Source: Octopus vulgaris (Eukaryota). Taken from it: DNA of 64,000 nucleotides. The stretch lies in NCBI GenBank assembly GCA_951406725.2, contig OX597814.1, positions 6,386,001-6,450,000 of the forward strand. The letters are read 5' to 3'. Position 1 is the first letter of the stretch; each line of letters starts with the position of its first letter. Below the pieces are notes generated by a model. That model was not told the origin of the DNA. It did no database searches and saw nothing but the letters and a program-made list of their open reading frames with translations. Shown piece by piece: positions 12,017 through 24,705 of the stretch. The position numbers were made by a program, and so were the translations under genes.

Positions 12017-12985
12017 CAGGGAGCAGTGAACAAATTGCTGTCTAAATTACGCAAAAGTGAAAATAACACTGACATCTCATTTGAACATTTTACCAAAATT
12101 ACATAAAAATATCTTGAAATACTAAAGAGTAAATTTATTCAATGAAATCGCTTTTGGCTTCAACCACAGCCTCCAGACAACTTCGGAATCTCCTGCAACT
12201 CTTCTGCATGGACTTCTTGATTTAGTTGGTGAATGCTTCCATAATCCTTGCCTTCAGTTCATCTTTGGTGTTACAAGTAGTTCTGTTGGTCTCTCACTCA
12301 ACTGCACCCCACACATAATAAACAAGTGGTTTGCAGTCTGAGGAGTTAGGTTCTTCGATGTTAGGGGTAATGTAGTCGCAGAAATTGTTTGACAGCCACG
12401 ACTGGTTTCTCCTGCTTTTGTGGCATGGTGCAGAGTCCTGTTGCTAGACATAGGGTCTTCCAGCAGCCACCCTCTAGACCCAGGGCAGCACTACTTCCCC
12501 CAGGCACTTGATATAGGTTTCCATGTTGAGTCTGAAGCTGTGTGGGAAGATGAAGGAGGCATAACATCGCCATCACTAGTGATCACTCCAAACACCATGA
12601 TGTTGACTGGATGTTTGATTTTTATTATTCTCGGTACATGCTTTGAGGACATGGTAAGCCAACGGTTGTTCTGTGTGTTCACCATTTGATCCTGGTAAAA
12701 ATTTCTCTCATCTGAGGAAAACCAAAGCACGTTTGGTTGGAGGGGATGCTTGAGTTTGTTCAAAAGCTTCGTAGCATGGTCTTTCCCCCTTGTCCTTGAT
12801 GGCTTGAGATAAAAATTGGCCCTTTCTCATCTTGTATGAGGAATACCAAATGTCTTCATGCATTACCTGCCTGACAAGAAACTCAGACACTCCCATGTCT
12901 CTGGCGATGGACCTGACTGACTTGGAGGAATTGTTGTTTATCAGGTCCATGGCCTGGATCTCTACTATGTTAGCTTTCCTCACTT
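12017..12985 (-). pseudogene. Tc1/mariner-superfamily transposase relic with one terminal repeat
   Basis: HTH-like SKSVRSIARDMGVSEFLVRQVMHEDI; catalytic start LWFSSDERNF...KHPVNIMVFGVITSDGDVMPP; TA|CAGGGAG terminus at 12015-12023; frameshifted. Confidence 0.85.
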
Positions 12986-13029
12986 GTTTTCTGTTCACAT
13001 ATCTTTCATTCCACGATACTTCATTGGTA

Positions 13030-13199
13030 TTAAGTCGATTACATCGACCCCAGTGCGTAACTGGTACTTGATTTATCGACCCCGAAAGGATGAAAGGCAA
13101 AGTCGACCTCGGCGGAATTTGAACTCACAACGTAACGCAGACGAAATACCACTAAGCATTTCACCCGGCGTGCTAACGTTTCTGCTAGCTCGCCGCCTT
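13030..13199 (-). mobile_element. Nin/Deu-domain SINE
   Basis: CGACCCCGAAAGGATGAAAGGCAAAGTCGACC...GCTCGCCGCCTT. Confidence 0.85.
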
Positions 13200-13777
13200 A
13201 AACATCAGATCCTGTTGATCTGTCCAACCCAGACCAGCAGGGAAGACAGGCATTACAGGAGGATGATGATATTTTTGTATAATTAGACCAGTTTGCATAA
13301 GTATTTTCTAAAATCTCTAAATGGCTGTAAGTAATCACTAAAAATCTATATCGAAAGGTCATGCCCGTTGTCTCCTCCGGGGAAGTCCCGGCTTACAAGC
13401 AAGGGCAGTACGAAACAAATATTAAACATAGATATTAATAACAATGCAGATTGGCAGATAATTATACATTTTGATAGTATTGTTGTTGTTTGTCTCAGAG
13501 TTGTTATTTCAGAACAGAAGTTTATATGGGAATGTTGAAATAATTAGTTCTAGAAACTATGTCCTTCACATTCAGCAGAAAGACATGCAAACGATGATTC
13601 GAAACAACAATCACGTAGCATTTATTGCCAGTTCAGTGCCTTTTTGGGTTTTGTTTGCTTTTCCTTCTGTCTTTTTTTTTTTTTTTAGGATAATCCAGCT
13701 CAAGTAGTATTAACAATAATCTGTTAAAAGGTCAAACAGTTTTGTGAAAAAGTGCCATGTGAGCCGGAGTAACTAAC

Positions 13778-13798
13778 CTGAGGAAATAAATCATCAGC
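13778..13798 (-). CDS. Candidate 21-nt microexon (ADDLFPQ in phase 0) of the minus-strand gene
   Basis: Minus strand: about 35-nt U-rich tract TTTTTTTATTTGTAG|GCTGATGATTTATTTCCTCAG|GTTAGT; length divisible by 3, no stop in phase 0. Confidence 0.45.
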
Positions 13799-14132
13799 CT
13801 ACAAATAAAAAAAAACACAAAAAATAAAAAAAAAGGCTAATGAAATATTGAAGTAGAACAATTCTAGCAGGTTTTGAAATTGTAACACATACAGAACAAC
13901 AACGACGACGACAACAACAAAATTTCTTTTAAAACTAAAACATTCTAGTTGAGTTGCATGTCCCAGAGGTTCCAAAGACATTTACTTGACAAATATGGCT
14001 TCCTCTTCAACAACCATAAAACTTGTTTCTGTAGGAAATGGTTAAATTGGATAAATTTCTCTGGGTGATATGGAGATGAGCTGAAAGGCAACAGCTACTC
14101 TGTTGAAATATGAACAAAAAACACTGAGATAC

Positions 14133-14320
14133 CAGGAGTGGCTGTGTGGTAAGAAGTTTGCTTCCTAATCACATATTTCTGGGTTCAGTCCTACTGCATG
14201 GCACCTTGGGCAAGAGTCTTCTACTGTAGCCTCGGGTTGACCAAAGCCTTGTGAGCGGATTTTGTGGACAGAAACTGAAATAAGGCCATCCTAAATGTGT
14301 GTGTGTGTGTGTTTTGTCAT
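14133..14320 (+). mobile_element. Family A SINE 5' half
   Basis: CAGGAGTGGCTGTGTGGTAAG...GGTTCAGTCC...CACCTTGGGCAAG. Confidence 0.8.
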
Positions 14321-15107
14321 CATTCTAGTCCTAGTTTCCCTGCTTTCATAGGATAACCTGGATGAAGCACTGAGTCAGTTCATATTTGGAGCGACTGCCT
14401 TCCTGCACAACCAGAGGACTATATTTCATTAGGCCATTTCTAACACTGACCACTTAAAAGAGTTGTGGCACCCACACTAGAAAAACAAGAGTAAAGAATC
14501 CTCCTTTCAACTCTATGATGTCTTCACTTGTCTGCCAACCAATTTACAGAGTGTCCTTGGAGTACTGGGTTGCTGTGTACCCTGAAAAACTGCAGGGGAT
14601 CATCACTGTTTTATGCCGACATCATTTGTTCAAGCCAACACAGCCAATATAGGAGGGATTAGAGAGGTGGAAATTAGAGATGAGCTAAGAAGGTAGGAGG
14701 GAGAAATAGGAGTATGGTGAGGAGGGTTGAAAGAGGAGGGGGAAATGGCAGAGACAGTGTTAGAAGCTTATTAAGATGGAGAAAAGTCCGGGTGGAGAGA
14801 GAGAGAATCCTCAGGACAAGGTTTAGCTACCTCAGAAATCCTTGTAATTAGAACCTACCAGGGTTTGTATCAACAACCAATTAACATAAATTAATTAACA
14901 GATGAAATGATGAGGATCATAAGATCATCAATGTCAATTCAGTTTAAGCTTAAAAAGAACCCTAACCCTAACCCCCTCAGGATCATCAATTGCCTTTTCC
15001 ATGTCGGGTCTATCAGTGGAGCTTCTAAGTGGTGACTCCACATGCAAGTGATAGTAATTAAATTCTCTTAAAACACACTCTACCAGAAGGACACATTAAA
15101 CAATGTT

Positions 15108-15445
15108 GAGACCCCCTTCGGTCATGAATGACCATGGGATTGCACCTAGGAAGTTACCCTCCCAGGCACAAATCCAGGCAAGGTTGTTTATAGAAGACCA
15201 GCAGTCGCCCATGCATACAGGCCTCCCCTCTCCACGCCACCAATGTTATCCAAAGGAAAGGCAAAGGGGCCGATACAGCTTGGCACCAGTGATGTGGAAA
15301 CTCATTGCTACAGCTGAGTGAACTGGAGTAACGTGAAATAAAGTGTCTTGCTCAAGAACACAACACGCAGCCTGGTCTGGGATTCGAACTCACAACCTCA
15401 CGATTGTAAGCTTCATGCTCTAATCACTGAGCCATGCACCTTCAC
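15108..15445 (-). mobile_element. Full-length tRNA-derived SINE (family C) with target-site duplication
   Basis: Minus head GTGAAGGTGCATGGCTCAGTG...GAGTTCGAATCCC (A/B boxes); ATTAAACAATG flanks it at 15095-15105 and 15446-15456; same family as 62859-63197. Confidence 0.9.
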
Positions 15446-15982
15446 ATTAAACAATGAAGTGTTAGATATATAAAGTCACAACTGGAAAACATTTCATCAT
15501 AGGTGTGACCAGTTCAGGCTGACCAAGGGCTAAACAACATCATATTACAGGCAGAATAGCAAAAGACGACATTAACGGCAGCACAGTTCCTGCACTTTAA
15601 ACCAACTAAAATTCTTCCGATCAAGAACTTTAGTTGGTTAAACAACTGCAGCCCTACTTTCCTAATCCCAACTGCAAAGTCTGCTGCATGCACTTTTCAT
15701 AGTGAGATTGCCTTGCAACTTTAAACATTAAGGGAGAAAAAGGGCAACCCTATAACTGAAGGAGAATAGAAGGCAAGCCGATTCTAGGTGGGGTGGGGTG
15801 GGGCGATGGAAGAGGGGTAAAGTATGATGAGGGGAACAAACTGATGGTTGTGAGGAAAGAATAAGAGAGTTGGACCCTTTTGAGGGAAGAAGTATGGAAG
15901 GGACAGGAAGAAGAGGAGGTACTTGCGTCAGGAGTTAGAAAGTGAGTGACAGAATGGTAAAAAGGATACACAAACGATAAAT

Positions 15983-16216
15983 ATATTTCTTTACTACCCA
16001 CAAGGGGCTAAACACAGAGGGGACAAACAAGGACAGACAAACGGATTAAGTCGATTACATCGATCCCAGTGCGTAATTGGTACTTATTTAATCGACCCCG
16101 AAAGGATGAAAGGCAAAGTCGACCTTGGCGGAATTTGAACCCAGAACGTAATGGCAGACGAAATACGGCTACGCTTTTCGCCCGGCGTGCTAACGTTTCT
16201 GCCAGCTCACCGCCTT
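15983..16216 (-). mobile_element. Full-length Nin/Deu-domain SINE
   Basis: Near-identical to 6741-6974 and 61320-61551. Confidence 0.9.
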
Positions 16217-17633
16217 AAATGATAAATATATAACACACACACGTAATATATACACACAAGTTTCTTATTTCTTTCTTTTTCTTCTTTTGATTTAATTTAT
16301 CAATCCAACACTGGCAAAATTTCTTTAGATGAAAGTCCAAAATTAAGATATGCAGACTGTGAGAAAGACAAAGATGCCAAGAGTAGAAGAGTACAAGAGT
16401 GATTAAAAGAAGAGAATGATGTAAATAAACAATAATTGAATAGATACAGAAATAAGCATTGACAAATAGAGACAACGAAATGTTTTACGTTTATAGTGGA
16501 AGGCTATACTGAAACCTGAAATATAAGGAAGTCACTGGAAGGTGATGGGTTAATTAGTAAACCGTTTAATAATCTGTAATTATGCAATTGTCTACTTAAG
16601 TAGACAGAAGTTTCAGGACAGGTAATTTGTGTTCACTATTTAAAATAGAAAATATTACATGTAAAAGATGGAAAACCCTGAAAATATTTGTAAAGCAGAA
16701 GAGGACTGGTACCGAATAATAGGAAAAAATAATTAGAAAATACTTTATGATACTCCATGTATTGAAGAAATGTTATGAAAGGGATCAATAAATCCCTCTA
16801 CACACACATACAAGCATATGTGTACAAACATCTCCATACACACTTGTTCACATATATACACACAAACTCAAATACAAACATATGTACACACATCTAAACA
16901 CAGTGAAAAACATAATAAACTGATTGATGCTTGGGTCAAAATGATTAATTAATGGCTGGATTAGGGGGAAATAAAGGCAAAGGTGTGGCCATGAGGTTTG
17001 AGAAATTTGCTTTGTAACCAAGTGGTTGTAGGTTTGTCAGTGGATTGGTAGACAGAAACTGTGCTGAAGCCCAATATACACTCACAGACACATAAATGTC
17101 GATTCTTATCAGAAGGAGTCCATCCAAAACATTGAATTTTCCACCTTCCATGGCAATCTCACTCTACTCGTTCTGCCAACTTTTCTGTTTAATGGCCATC
17201 TCTCCCATTGCTTGGTCTGTATTCTTTCTTCTACTCACCTTCTTCCTTCTCACAGTTCATCACTACTATCTTTTTCTTCTTTCCAGATACTTCCATCCAC
17301 TCCAATATAATGTCAGGTAACTACACATCTATAATAAGACACCTGTGCTTGTCCAGGGACCATCATACTCTAGCTTCTCATACACATGGCATAAAGGCAC
17401 CCCACTCTCTGCTAAAACCCCATGAAATTAAGGGCAAGGCGTTTCTTTGATTTATGAGTTATTTGGCAAACTCACTAGAGTAAGGGGTATGTAAAAAAAA
17501 AAATCACCAAAAACACTCAATAAAGTGGTTAGCGTAAGGAAGGGCAGCCAGCCATAGAGACCACGCCCAAGCAAACACTGACCTCCAGTTCATTAGATTC
17601 TGTCCAACCTCTGCCAATATGGAAGATGGACGT

Positions 17634-17850
17634 TAAACCTTTTCATACCTAAGACCACCCTTGGTTTATATGATACAAACTTAACTGTTTTAATGCAATC
17701 TGAGTTAACGGCTTCCATCAAAATTTCAGGTTGATTTATGCTCTAAACACCAGCTTAACAATGACTAAAATATAATATTAAATTCTGCATTATTTTCAAA
17801 ATTTATTGAAAGAAAGGTAGTGTATGTTTACAGGAATATGGTAACAAAGC
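17634..17850. mobile_element. Degraded piggyBac-type MITE
   Basis: Reverse-complement similarity to the 58250-59010 units (CAGCTTAA...GACTAA...AATATGGTAACAAA). Confidence 0.5.
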
Positions 17851-18499
17851 AGCTATATGATGAGTATACACAAAACACACACACACACACATGCTGATAC
17901 ACTGTAAAAAGCACCCAGCACACTCTGTAGAGTGGTTGGCATAAGGAAGGGCATCCACTCATAGAACCCGTGCCAAAACTGATAATTGGAGGCTGGACAG
18001 CTCTCTAGCTGGTCAGCGCCTATCAAACTGTCCAACCCATGCCAGCATGGAGAACGGACATTAAACAACAATGATGAGGATATACAGTTATACCATCATC
18101 ATTGGGTAAATAAGTTATTTTTTATCAAACATGACTAGCCTGGGAACCTTTTGATATCACCTTGCAGCTTCTAACAATATCTGAGGAAAACACCTGACTC
18201 CAGTTCTGGATGGAAACTTGAGAATGGCCCTCCTCCAATCAACACGGCAATTGCCCCTGCTGAAGACTACTAGTGGATCATAACTAATCACACATATATT
18301 ACATTCACCATACATTATTCGTTTCATAATCCATCATCTTTTCCCTTCCCATTCCAGGTGCACTGAAGAACCTTTTTGTCATTACTTCAATCTGAGTAAA
18401 GAAAGAGTTGGTGAAAGCAAAGAGTTGTCAGAATTATCTATGGCAAAAAGATAGTCGACATCGCCAACAAACCCTGTCTTGCACCTGATTGCACCACGA

Positions 18500-19380
18500 G
18501 TTGACCTGCAAACAATCAGGTGAAGGTACCGACTTGCCCCGTCGATCTTTATGGTTCCACTTCCCACTGGTTAACCGTGCAACTGGCCTCTCTCATGAAA
18601 ATCTCACCTGAAAAGGTTTGCTGCTCTGTTGTCATTGCAGCTAGAACTAGCAAGGAGTGGGCTTACTCTGAGGTGAGATGGTCAAACTACAGACAAACCA
18701 CTTGTCTTCCACATTCTTGAATGCTGCAACAAGACCCTCAGGAAAGATCTCACACAGACGTTTGGTATGCTGGCTTCCAGCGATGAGTGAACAATCCTTA
18801 GTTATATTTAAGTCCCAGGCTGTCCGCCAAGAAAATGTCATGGTCACTGTTGTGCAGCTACAACAGATGCGGCAGGACTAGGACGAACACATCAGGGCCT
18901 TCATTGCACGTCTTTGAGGGCTGGCATCTGCAACTTCAAGGTGGAATGGCCCTCGGAGGCCTGCCATGCCACAACTGATTACAGCAACATTATAGTCCAT
19001 GATGCTCTTGTATGTGTGTCGGAGGACGAAGAGATCTACCTTGATTCCAAGCAAGACATAACCCTGGAAGAAGCCCTGAGGAATGTGGAACCAAATGAAA
19101 GTGGAAAAGACTCAGCCAGCCGGCTCATGAGCCACAGTACCAATTCAACCAGTGCAGCCTCCAGCTAGGTGCCAGGAGCGGCACCGCTTGGTCAATAAAT
19201 CAGGTGAACCCTGTGCTACATCTACCCCAATCCCCTGCAGTCACCATGGAAAACAAGGCCACGGATGTCAGGTACAGGAATGCCTGAGGAAATGCCCCAC
19301 CTACAACCACAAGTGCACTATGTGCGGCACACTGCACCACTATGGGAATGTTGTCCCAGTGGTTGTAGGGGCATTGGGAA
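18500..19380 (+). pseudogene. Gypsy-type LTR retrotransposon gag relic
   Basis: AVRQENVMVTVVQLQQMRQD*DEHIRAFIARL, DYSNIIVHDALV, TLEEALRNVEPNESGK, and zinc-knuckle-like CPTYNHKCTMCGTLHH; stops and frameshifts. Confidence 0.75.
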
Positions 19381-19598
19381 CACCAACAACCAGGTTTGAG
19401 AAACTGGGATTGACATGAGGGGAGAAGAAACTCAGAAAAATTTCTCTCTTGAGGACAGTGAAGATTTTGAGACTGGTACTTGGATGTTAAGTATGATGGA
19501 AAAGGACTCTATGAGACCCTTGACAACAGGTTGTCATTTGCTCTTACAGAATTATCCAGGGCAAGTAAAATTGAGAACTATGAGAAGTGAAATAATAA

Positions 19599-19790
19599 TC
19601 ATCATCATCATCATCGTTTAAAGTCCGTTTTCCATGCTGGCATGGGTTGGACGGTTCGACTGGGGGCTGGGAAGCCAGGAGGCTGCACCAGGCTCCAGTC
19701 TGATCTGGCAGTGTTTCTACAGCTGGATGCCCTTCCTAATGCCAACCATTCTGAGAGTGTAGTGGGTGCTATTTATGTGCCAGGGGGAGG
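19599..19790 (-). mobile_element. RTE-type LINE 3'UTR
   Basis: Family match with (CAT)n tail. Confidence 0.85.
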
Positions 19791-21089
19791 CTGGATAATA
19801 ATAATGGATGGGTAGAGAGTACATGACAACAGTAGGAATGATGTCAAAGCCTTCATCATTTTGAATTAAAATTTGTTTAAAACAACAATGAAGATGATGA
19901 GTCATAAAATAATGATATGTGGACTGCCACAGACATCCAAATCATCAGAACTTGATGCCAATATACAAATAAAGTTATCAATTTAGCTCCCAGAATGTGA
20001 CCACCACAAATAAAGTAATTTGAATTAGAAGATTCTTGGAAATGTCCATACTTTCAGCTGCTAAACAATAATATTTTTAATTAATTCTGAAACCATTATC
20101 AGAACAATGATGGAAGAAAGAATTCAAAGAAAATATATCTCTGGAAAAACAACACCTAAATAATCCTGTTGGAAACATTTAGCTTTCATTTTCCAAAACG
20201 TATTCATGGCATGCCCGAGTGGAATATCATTCAACCTGAAATCAGCTTGAACTAATATGGGGATCTTGCCTTCATCTGCATACAAATGTGCAGGTAACTT
20301 TTAAAAAAAATCATCACTTAACATCTGTGTTTCATGCTGGCATGGGTCGGATGATTTCACTGGATTCAGTAGGTTGAAGAATGGCACTGCACTCCACTAC
20401 CAACTTTCTAAAATAGTTGGTATGAGGAAGGGCATCCAGCTGTGGACAACATCTCAGAGTGCACTGGGTGCTTTTTTTTTTTGTGCACTTATAGGTCACC
20501 ATACAATTTGTTAGACAACGCACCTTGAAAGATATGGAGAGTTTTATGTTTGGAGATAAGGGGGTTAAAGTATGAAAGAAGGATTCAGAGCACAACAGAG
20601 GAGCTGCATGGTTACTTACACTAGAGGAGAGGGTAGTGGTAAGGGGTCAGTGTAGAGCTTCAAGGTAAGGAGTAAAAGTAATTGGGGATAGAAGAACAGG
20701 GGGTGTGTGTAGGTAGGGATTACAAGAGTATAAGGGGAAACGGAGAGATAGGGGAACGGATTAATATAGTGAAAGAAGAGCAAGAAATAAGGAAGACTAC
20801 GAGATAACTGTCCAAAGTGAATAAGAGGGGAGGGTAGGCATTATGTCATTTTTTTTCTTTTTTTTTCACCTGTACTAATCAACCTTACTTTTCAAAACGA
20901 GGTTATTTGATTATTGATTATTAATCATATGTTATCATTAGTTGTTTTGTTTTTATCCTAGATTCTGACATCATCCTTCTACAAATGGTTAAAGCACTTT
21001 AGCAGTTACTATGAATAAGGCTGTAGGGCACAGGATGTCCAGATTTATTTTAGTCAAGTCTCTTTGGTAAATAATTGATTCTTTCTAAA

Positions 21090-21411
21090 TGTATGTGTGT
21101 GTATACATATATATATATATATATACACACATATATAGATATACATACATACAGATATATATATATATACACATATACAGATATACATACATACAGATAT
21201 ATATATATATACACATATACATACATACATACAGATATATATACACATATACATACATTTATATACACATATATAAACATACATATATACACACATATAT
21301 ACATACATACATATACACATATATAAATATTTATATACACATATATACATATACACACACATATATATATACATTACAAACATATACATACAAACATACA
21401 TATATAAACAT

Positions 21412-21457
<46 letters not shown>
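21090..21457. repeat. Compound (TA)/(CA)/(TACA) microsatellite
   Basis: Directly visible. Confidence 0.95.
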
Positions 21458-21459
<2 letters not shown>

Positions 21460-21464
21460 CACGA

Positions 21465-21925
21465 TCATCATTTAACGTCCGCTTTCCATGCTAGCATGGG
21501 TTGGACGATTTTGACTGAGGTCTGGCAAACCAGATGGCTGCACCAGGCTCCAATCTTGATCTGGCAGAGTTTCTACAGCTGGATGCCCTTCCTAATGCCA
21601 ACCACTCCAAGAGTGTAGTGGGTGCTTTTACGTGCCACCAGCATGGGGCCAGTCAGGCAGTACTGGCAATGCCCTCGCTCAAATCTTTTTACACATGCCA
21701 CCAGCACAGGTACCAGTAAGGCAATGTTGGTAACGATCTTGCTCAAATGGTGCCCTTTTACGTGCCACCGGCACGGAAACCAGTTGGCTGCTCTGGCAAC
21801 GATCACGCTCGGATGGTGCTCTTGGCACCCTACTAGCACGGGCACAAGTGCCAGTAAGGCGACGCTGGTAATGATCACACTTGAATGGTGCCTTTTGTGT
21901 GCCACTGGCACGGAAGCCAGTTCGG
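21465..21925 (-). mobile_element. RTE-type LINE 3'UTR with about 5 diverged ~60-bp units
   Basis: Family match; units GTGCC(A)CC(A/G)GCAC..CCAGT..GGC..CTGG(C/T)AACGATC. Confidence 0.85.
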
Positions 21926-22044
21926 AATGGAAGTGAAACGCCATGAAGGCAAGGCTGATGGAAATGATAGAGGTACTATAATACAGAAGAACAAGTAAGG
22001 TAATTGAAAGACTAACTCTGTACATCCAGTACAATCAGGTACAG

Positions 22045-22400
22045 TAGTTAGTTAGTTAGTTAGTTAATTTGGCTCAAAAGCAAATAGCAAGGCCATGTAG
22101 GGGGACATGGAGTTAAGTACAGGGTGGTGTTCATATAAAGAGTTCAGGCCACTTGAGGTCAAGGGAGGCTTTGAACAAAGCGGTCGTCGGCATCTTCACC
22201 ATCTCGTCTGGCAGCTTGTTCCACGGATCCGCAACCCGGACGGAGAAAGCTCCTCTACTTCGATTGAGATGAAATCGTCGCAGGTGGAGCTTTTCGGAAT
22301 GACCCCGCAGCCGACGCTCTGGAGCAGGAGTGAAGAACAGCTCTTTCGAGAGGTTACACTTTCCGCTTATGATGTTGTGGGCGAGAATGAGGTGTACAAG
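22045..22400 (-). mobile_element. CR1/L2-type LINE 3' end with (TAAC)n tail
   Basis: RLRGHSEKLHLRRFHLNRSRGAFSVRVADPWNKLPDEMVKMPTTALFKASLD (CR1/L2 RGH..KL...FS.RV...WN.LP...FK..LD motif), short UTR, then (TAAC)n. Confidence 0.85.
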
Positions 22401-23127
22401 ATGTATCTTGAAATGTAATCTTGTCAATATAAATTGAGAAAAAAAAAAACTATCTGCCAGAAATGTGAAGTTTGGTAAGCAGTAAGAGTTATTTAAATGT
22501 CTGTCAGTTAAAATTTGGAGACAAGAAGTTGATTTAGTTCTTAACATCATTTTTATTCTTGCCAGTGAAACTGGAAACTGATCAATTATTAATAATATCT
22601 CTTAGCAAAAAAGGCAGTATTAATAGCAAGTGGTAATATTTATCTCCACTTGAGCGTGGATGTTCTGTTGGAACAAACTGTACTGTGCTAGTGGCCATGA
22701 GAGAAACTCTCGTATTGCACTTTCGTTTACATTACAAGCAGGGAGATAAAAACACCTCCAGATCCTGCAATTTCAGACTTCCACTAATGATGGACGCTTA
22801 ACTGCTAGAAACAGCAATGACTCATTCCCGCCACCAGAGAATAAAAAGTAACAGAACAAGTGCTGGTGTCGTGATGATTAACCAGTTTGCTCGTTAGCAA
22901 ACGAGGCAGTATTAATACAGAGAGGAGGTAATATTTATTCCCACTCAAATGTGGATGGTGTCTATACTGTGCTAGGTACCATGAGAGAAACTCTCAGACT
23001 GGCCTCTGGTACAAAATGCATGCTTATTTATATCACTGGGAGAGAAATACACACCACCTTCAACACCGAGACCACCAAACCTTGCAATTTCGACCTTCCT
23101 TCATCTTATCAATCCAATATATATATA

Positions 23128-23453
23128 GGCTGTTGCCAGCCTCCCCTGGCATCTTTGCTGGTGGCACATAAAAAGCACCATCTGTTCGTGGTCGATGCCA
23201 GCACCATCTTGACTGGCTTCTGTGCCGGTGGCAAGTAAAAAGCACCAACCGATCGTGGCCGTTGCCAGCCTCTCCTGGCACGTAAAAAGCACCCACTACA
23301 CTCACGGAGTGTTTGGCGTTAGGAAGGGCATCTAGCTGTAGAAACACTGCCAGATAAGACTGGAGCCTGGTGCAGCCTCCTGGCTTCCCAGACACCGGTC
23401 GAACCGTCCAACCCATGCTAGCATGGAAAACGGACGTTAAACGATGATGATGA
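23128..23453 (+). mobile_element. RTE-type LINE 3'UTR
   Basis: Family match with (GAT)n tail. Confidence 0.85.
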
Positions 23454-23701
23454 TATACAAGGGAAATCCATAAAGCAAAATGACACAAACAATTGGCAGC
23501 ACCAAAGCAATGTAATGTATTCTTCAATGAATCTATTTGGATAGCCTAACACATTATCTTTGGACTGATTTGAGATTACAACTGCTTACATCTGATCTCT
23601 TCTGTAAGATTGCTATCCCTCTACTCCCCACCTCACCAAAACCATTACACTGACTGCCCCACCCTACATACTGGAAATATTTTTATTGTGTTTATTGTAT
23701 T

Positions 23702-23897
23702 ATCATCATCATCGTTTAACGTCTGTTTTCCATGCTAGCATGGACTGGACGGTTTGACCGGGGTCTGGGAAGCCAGGAGGCTGCACCGGGCTCCAGTCTG
23801 ATCTGGCAGAGTTTCTACAGCTGGATGCCCTTCCTAACGCCAACCACTCCGTGAGTGTAGTGGGTGCTTTTTACATGCCACTGGCACAGAAGCCAGT
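23702..23897 (-). mobile_element. RTE-type LINE 3'UTR
   Basis: Family match. Confidence 0.85.
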
Positions 23898-24314
23898 ATT
23901 ATGTTATTGAAATATTTTTATTGGATCAAAGTAGTACAAGTCGCTCCACATACAAACAGAGCTGCCTTGATGCGCTAGAAATAGAAAGCTAATCTTCTTC
24001 AAATTGCATAAATATCATTGGATAATGTATTCTTAACTGTATTATGATTGAAAATAAAACATGTTGGTCACGACTGAACGAATCTGCCCAATGAGGGATA
24101 ACTTGGGACTAAACAACAATAACCCTTGTGGCTACAAAGTCTAATTCTACCCTTATTCCAAGTAACTTGGCTCAATGGGTCTAACGTAATGATCAATCGA
24201 AACCACTCCCATCAAGACCTCCTCCTCGCCTTTAAACAGTGGAAGACTTCTTGCTCAATGATATATAATCTTGGGCTAAAGTCATTTCAAATTTTGGATA
24301 AAAAGAGCAAGAAG

Positions 24315-24705
24315 CTGGCATTCGTGCCGATGGCACGTTAAACACACCATTCGAGCGTGATCGTTACCTGCGTCGCCTTACTAGCACTTGTGCTGGTGGC
24401 AAGTGAAAAAAACATTCGAGCAAGGTCGTCGCCAGTGCCGCTGGACTGGCTCCTGTGCAGGTGGCACATAAAAAGCACCATTTGATCGTGGCCGTTGCCA
24501 GTACCACCAAACTGGCCCTCATGCCAGTGGCACGTAAAAGGCACCCACTACACTCCCGGAGTGGTTGACGTTAGGAAGGGCATCCAGCTGTAGAAACTCT
24601 GCCAGATTAGACTGGAGCCTGGTGCAACCATCTGGTTCGCCAGAGCTCAGTCAAATTGTCCAACCCATGCTAGCATGGAGAGCGGACAGTAAACAATGAT
24701 GATGA
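24315..24705 (+). mobile_element. RTE-type LINE 3'UTR with minisatellite units
   Basis: Family match. Confidence 0.85.

Noticed and set aside
14958-14974. Interstitial telomere repeat (CCCTAA)n
   Set aside because: Fewer than three units; not distinguishable from chance or a TE remnant
21620-21925. CRISPR-like array of palindromic repeat plus spacers
   Set aside because: Spacers are homologous to each other, the array is part of a dispersed RTE 3'UTR, the context is eukaryotic and there are no cas genes
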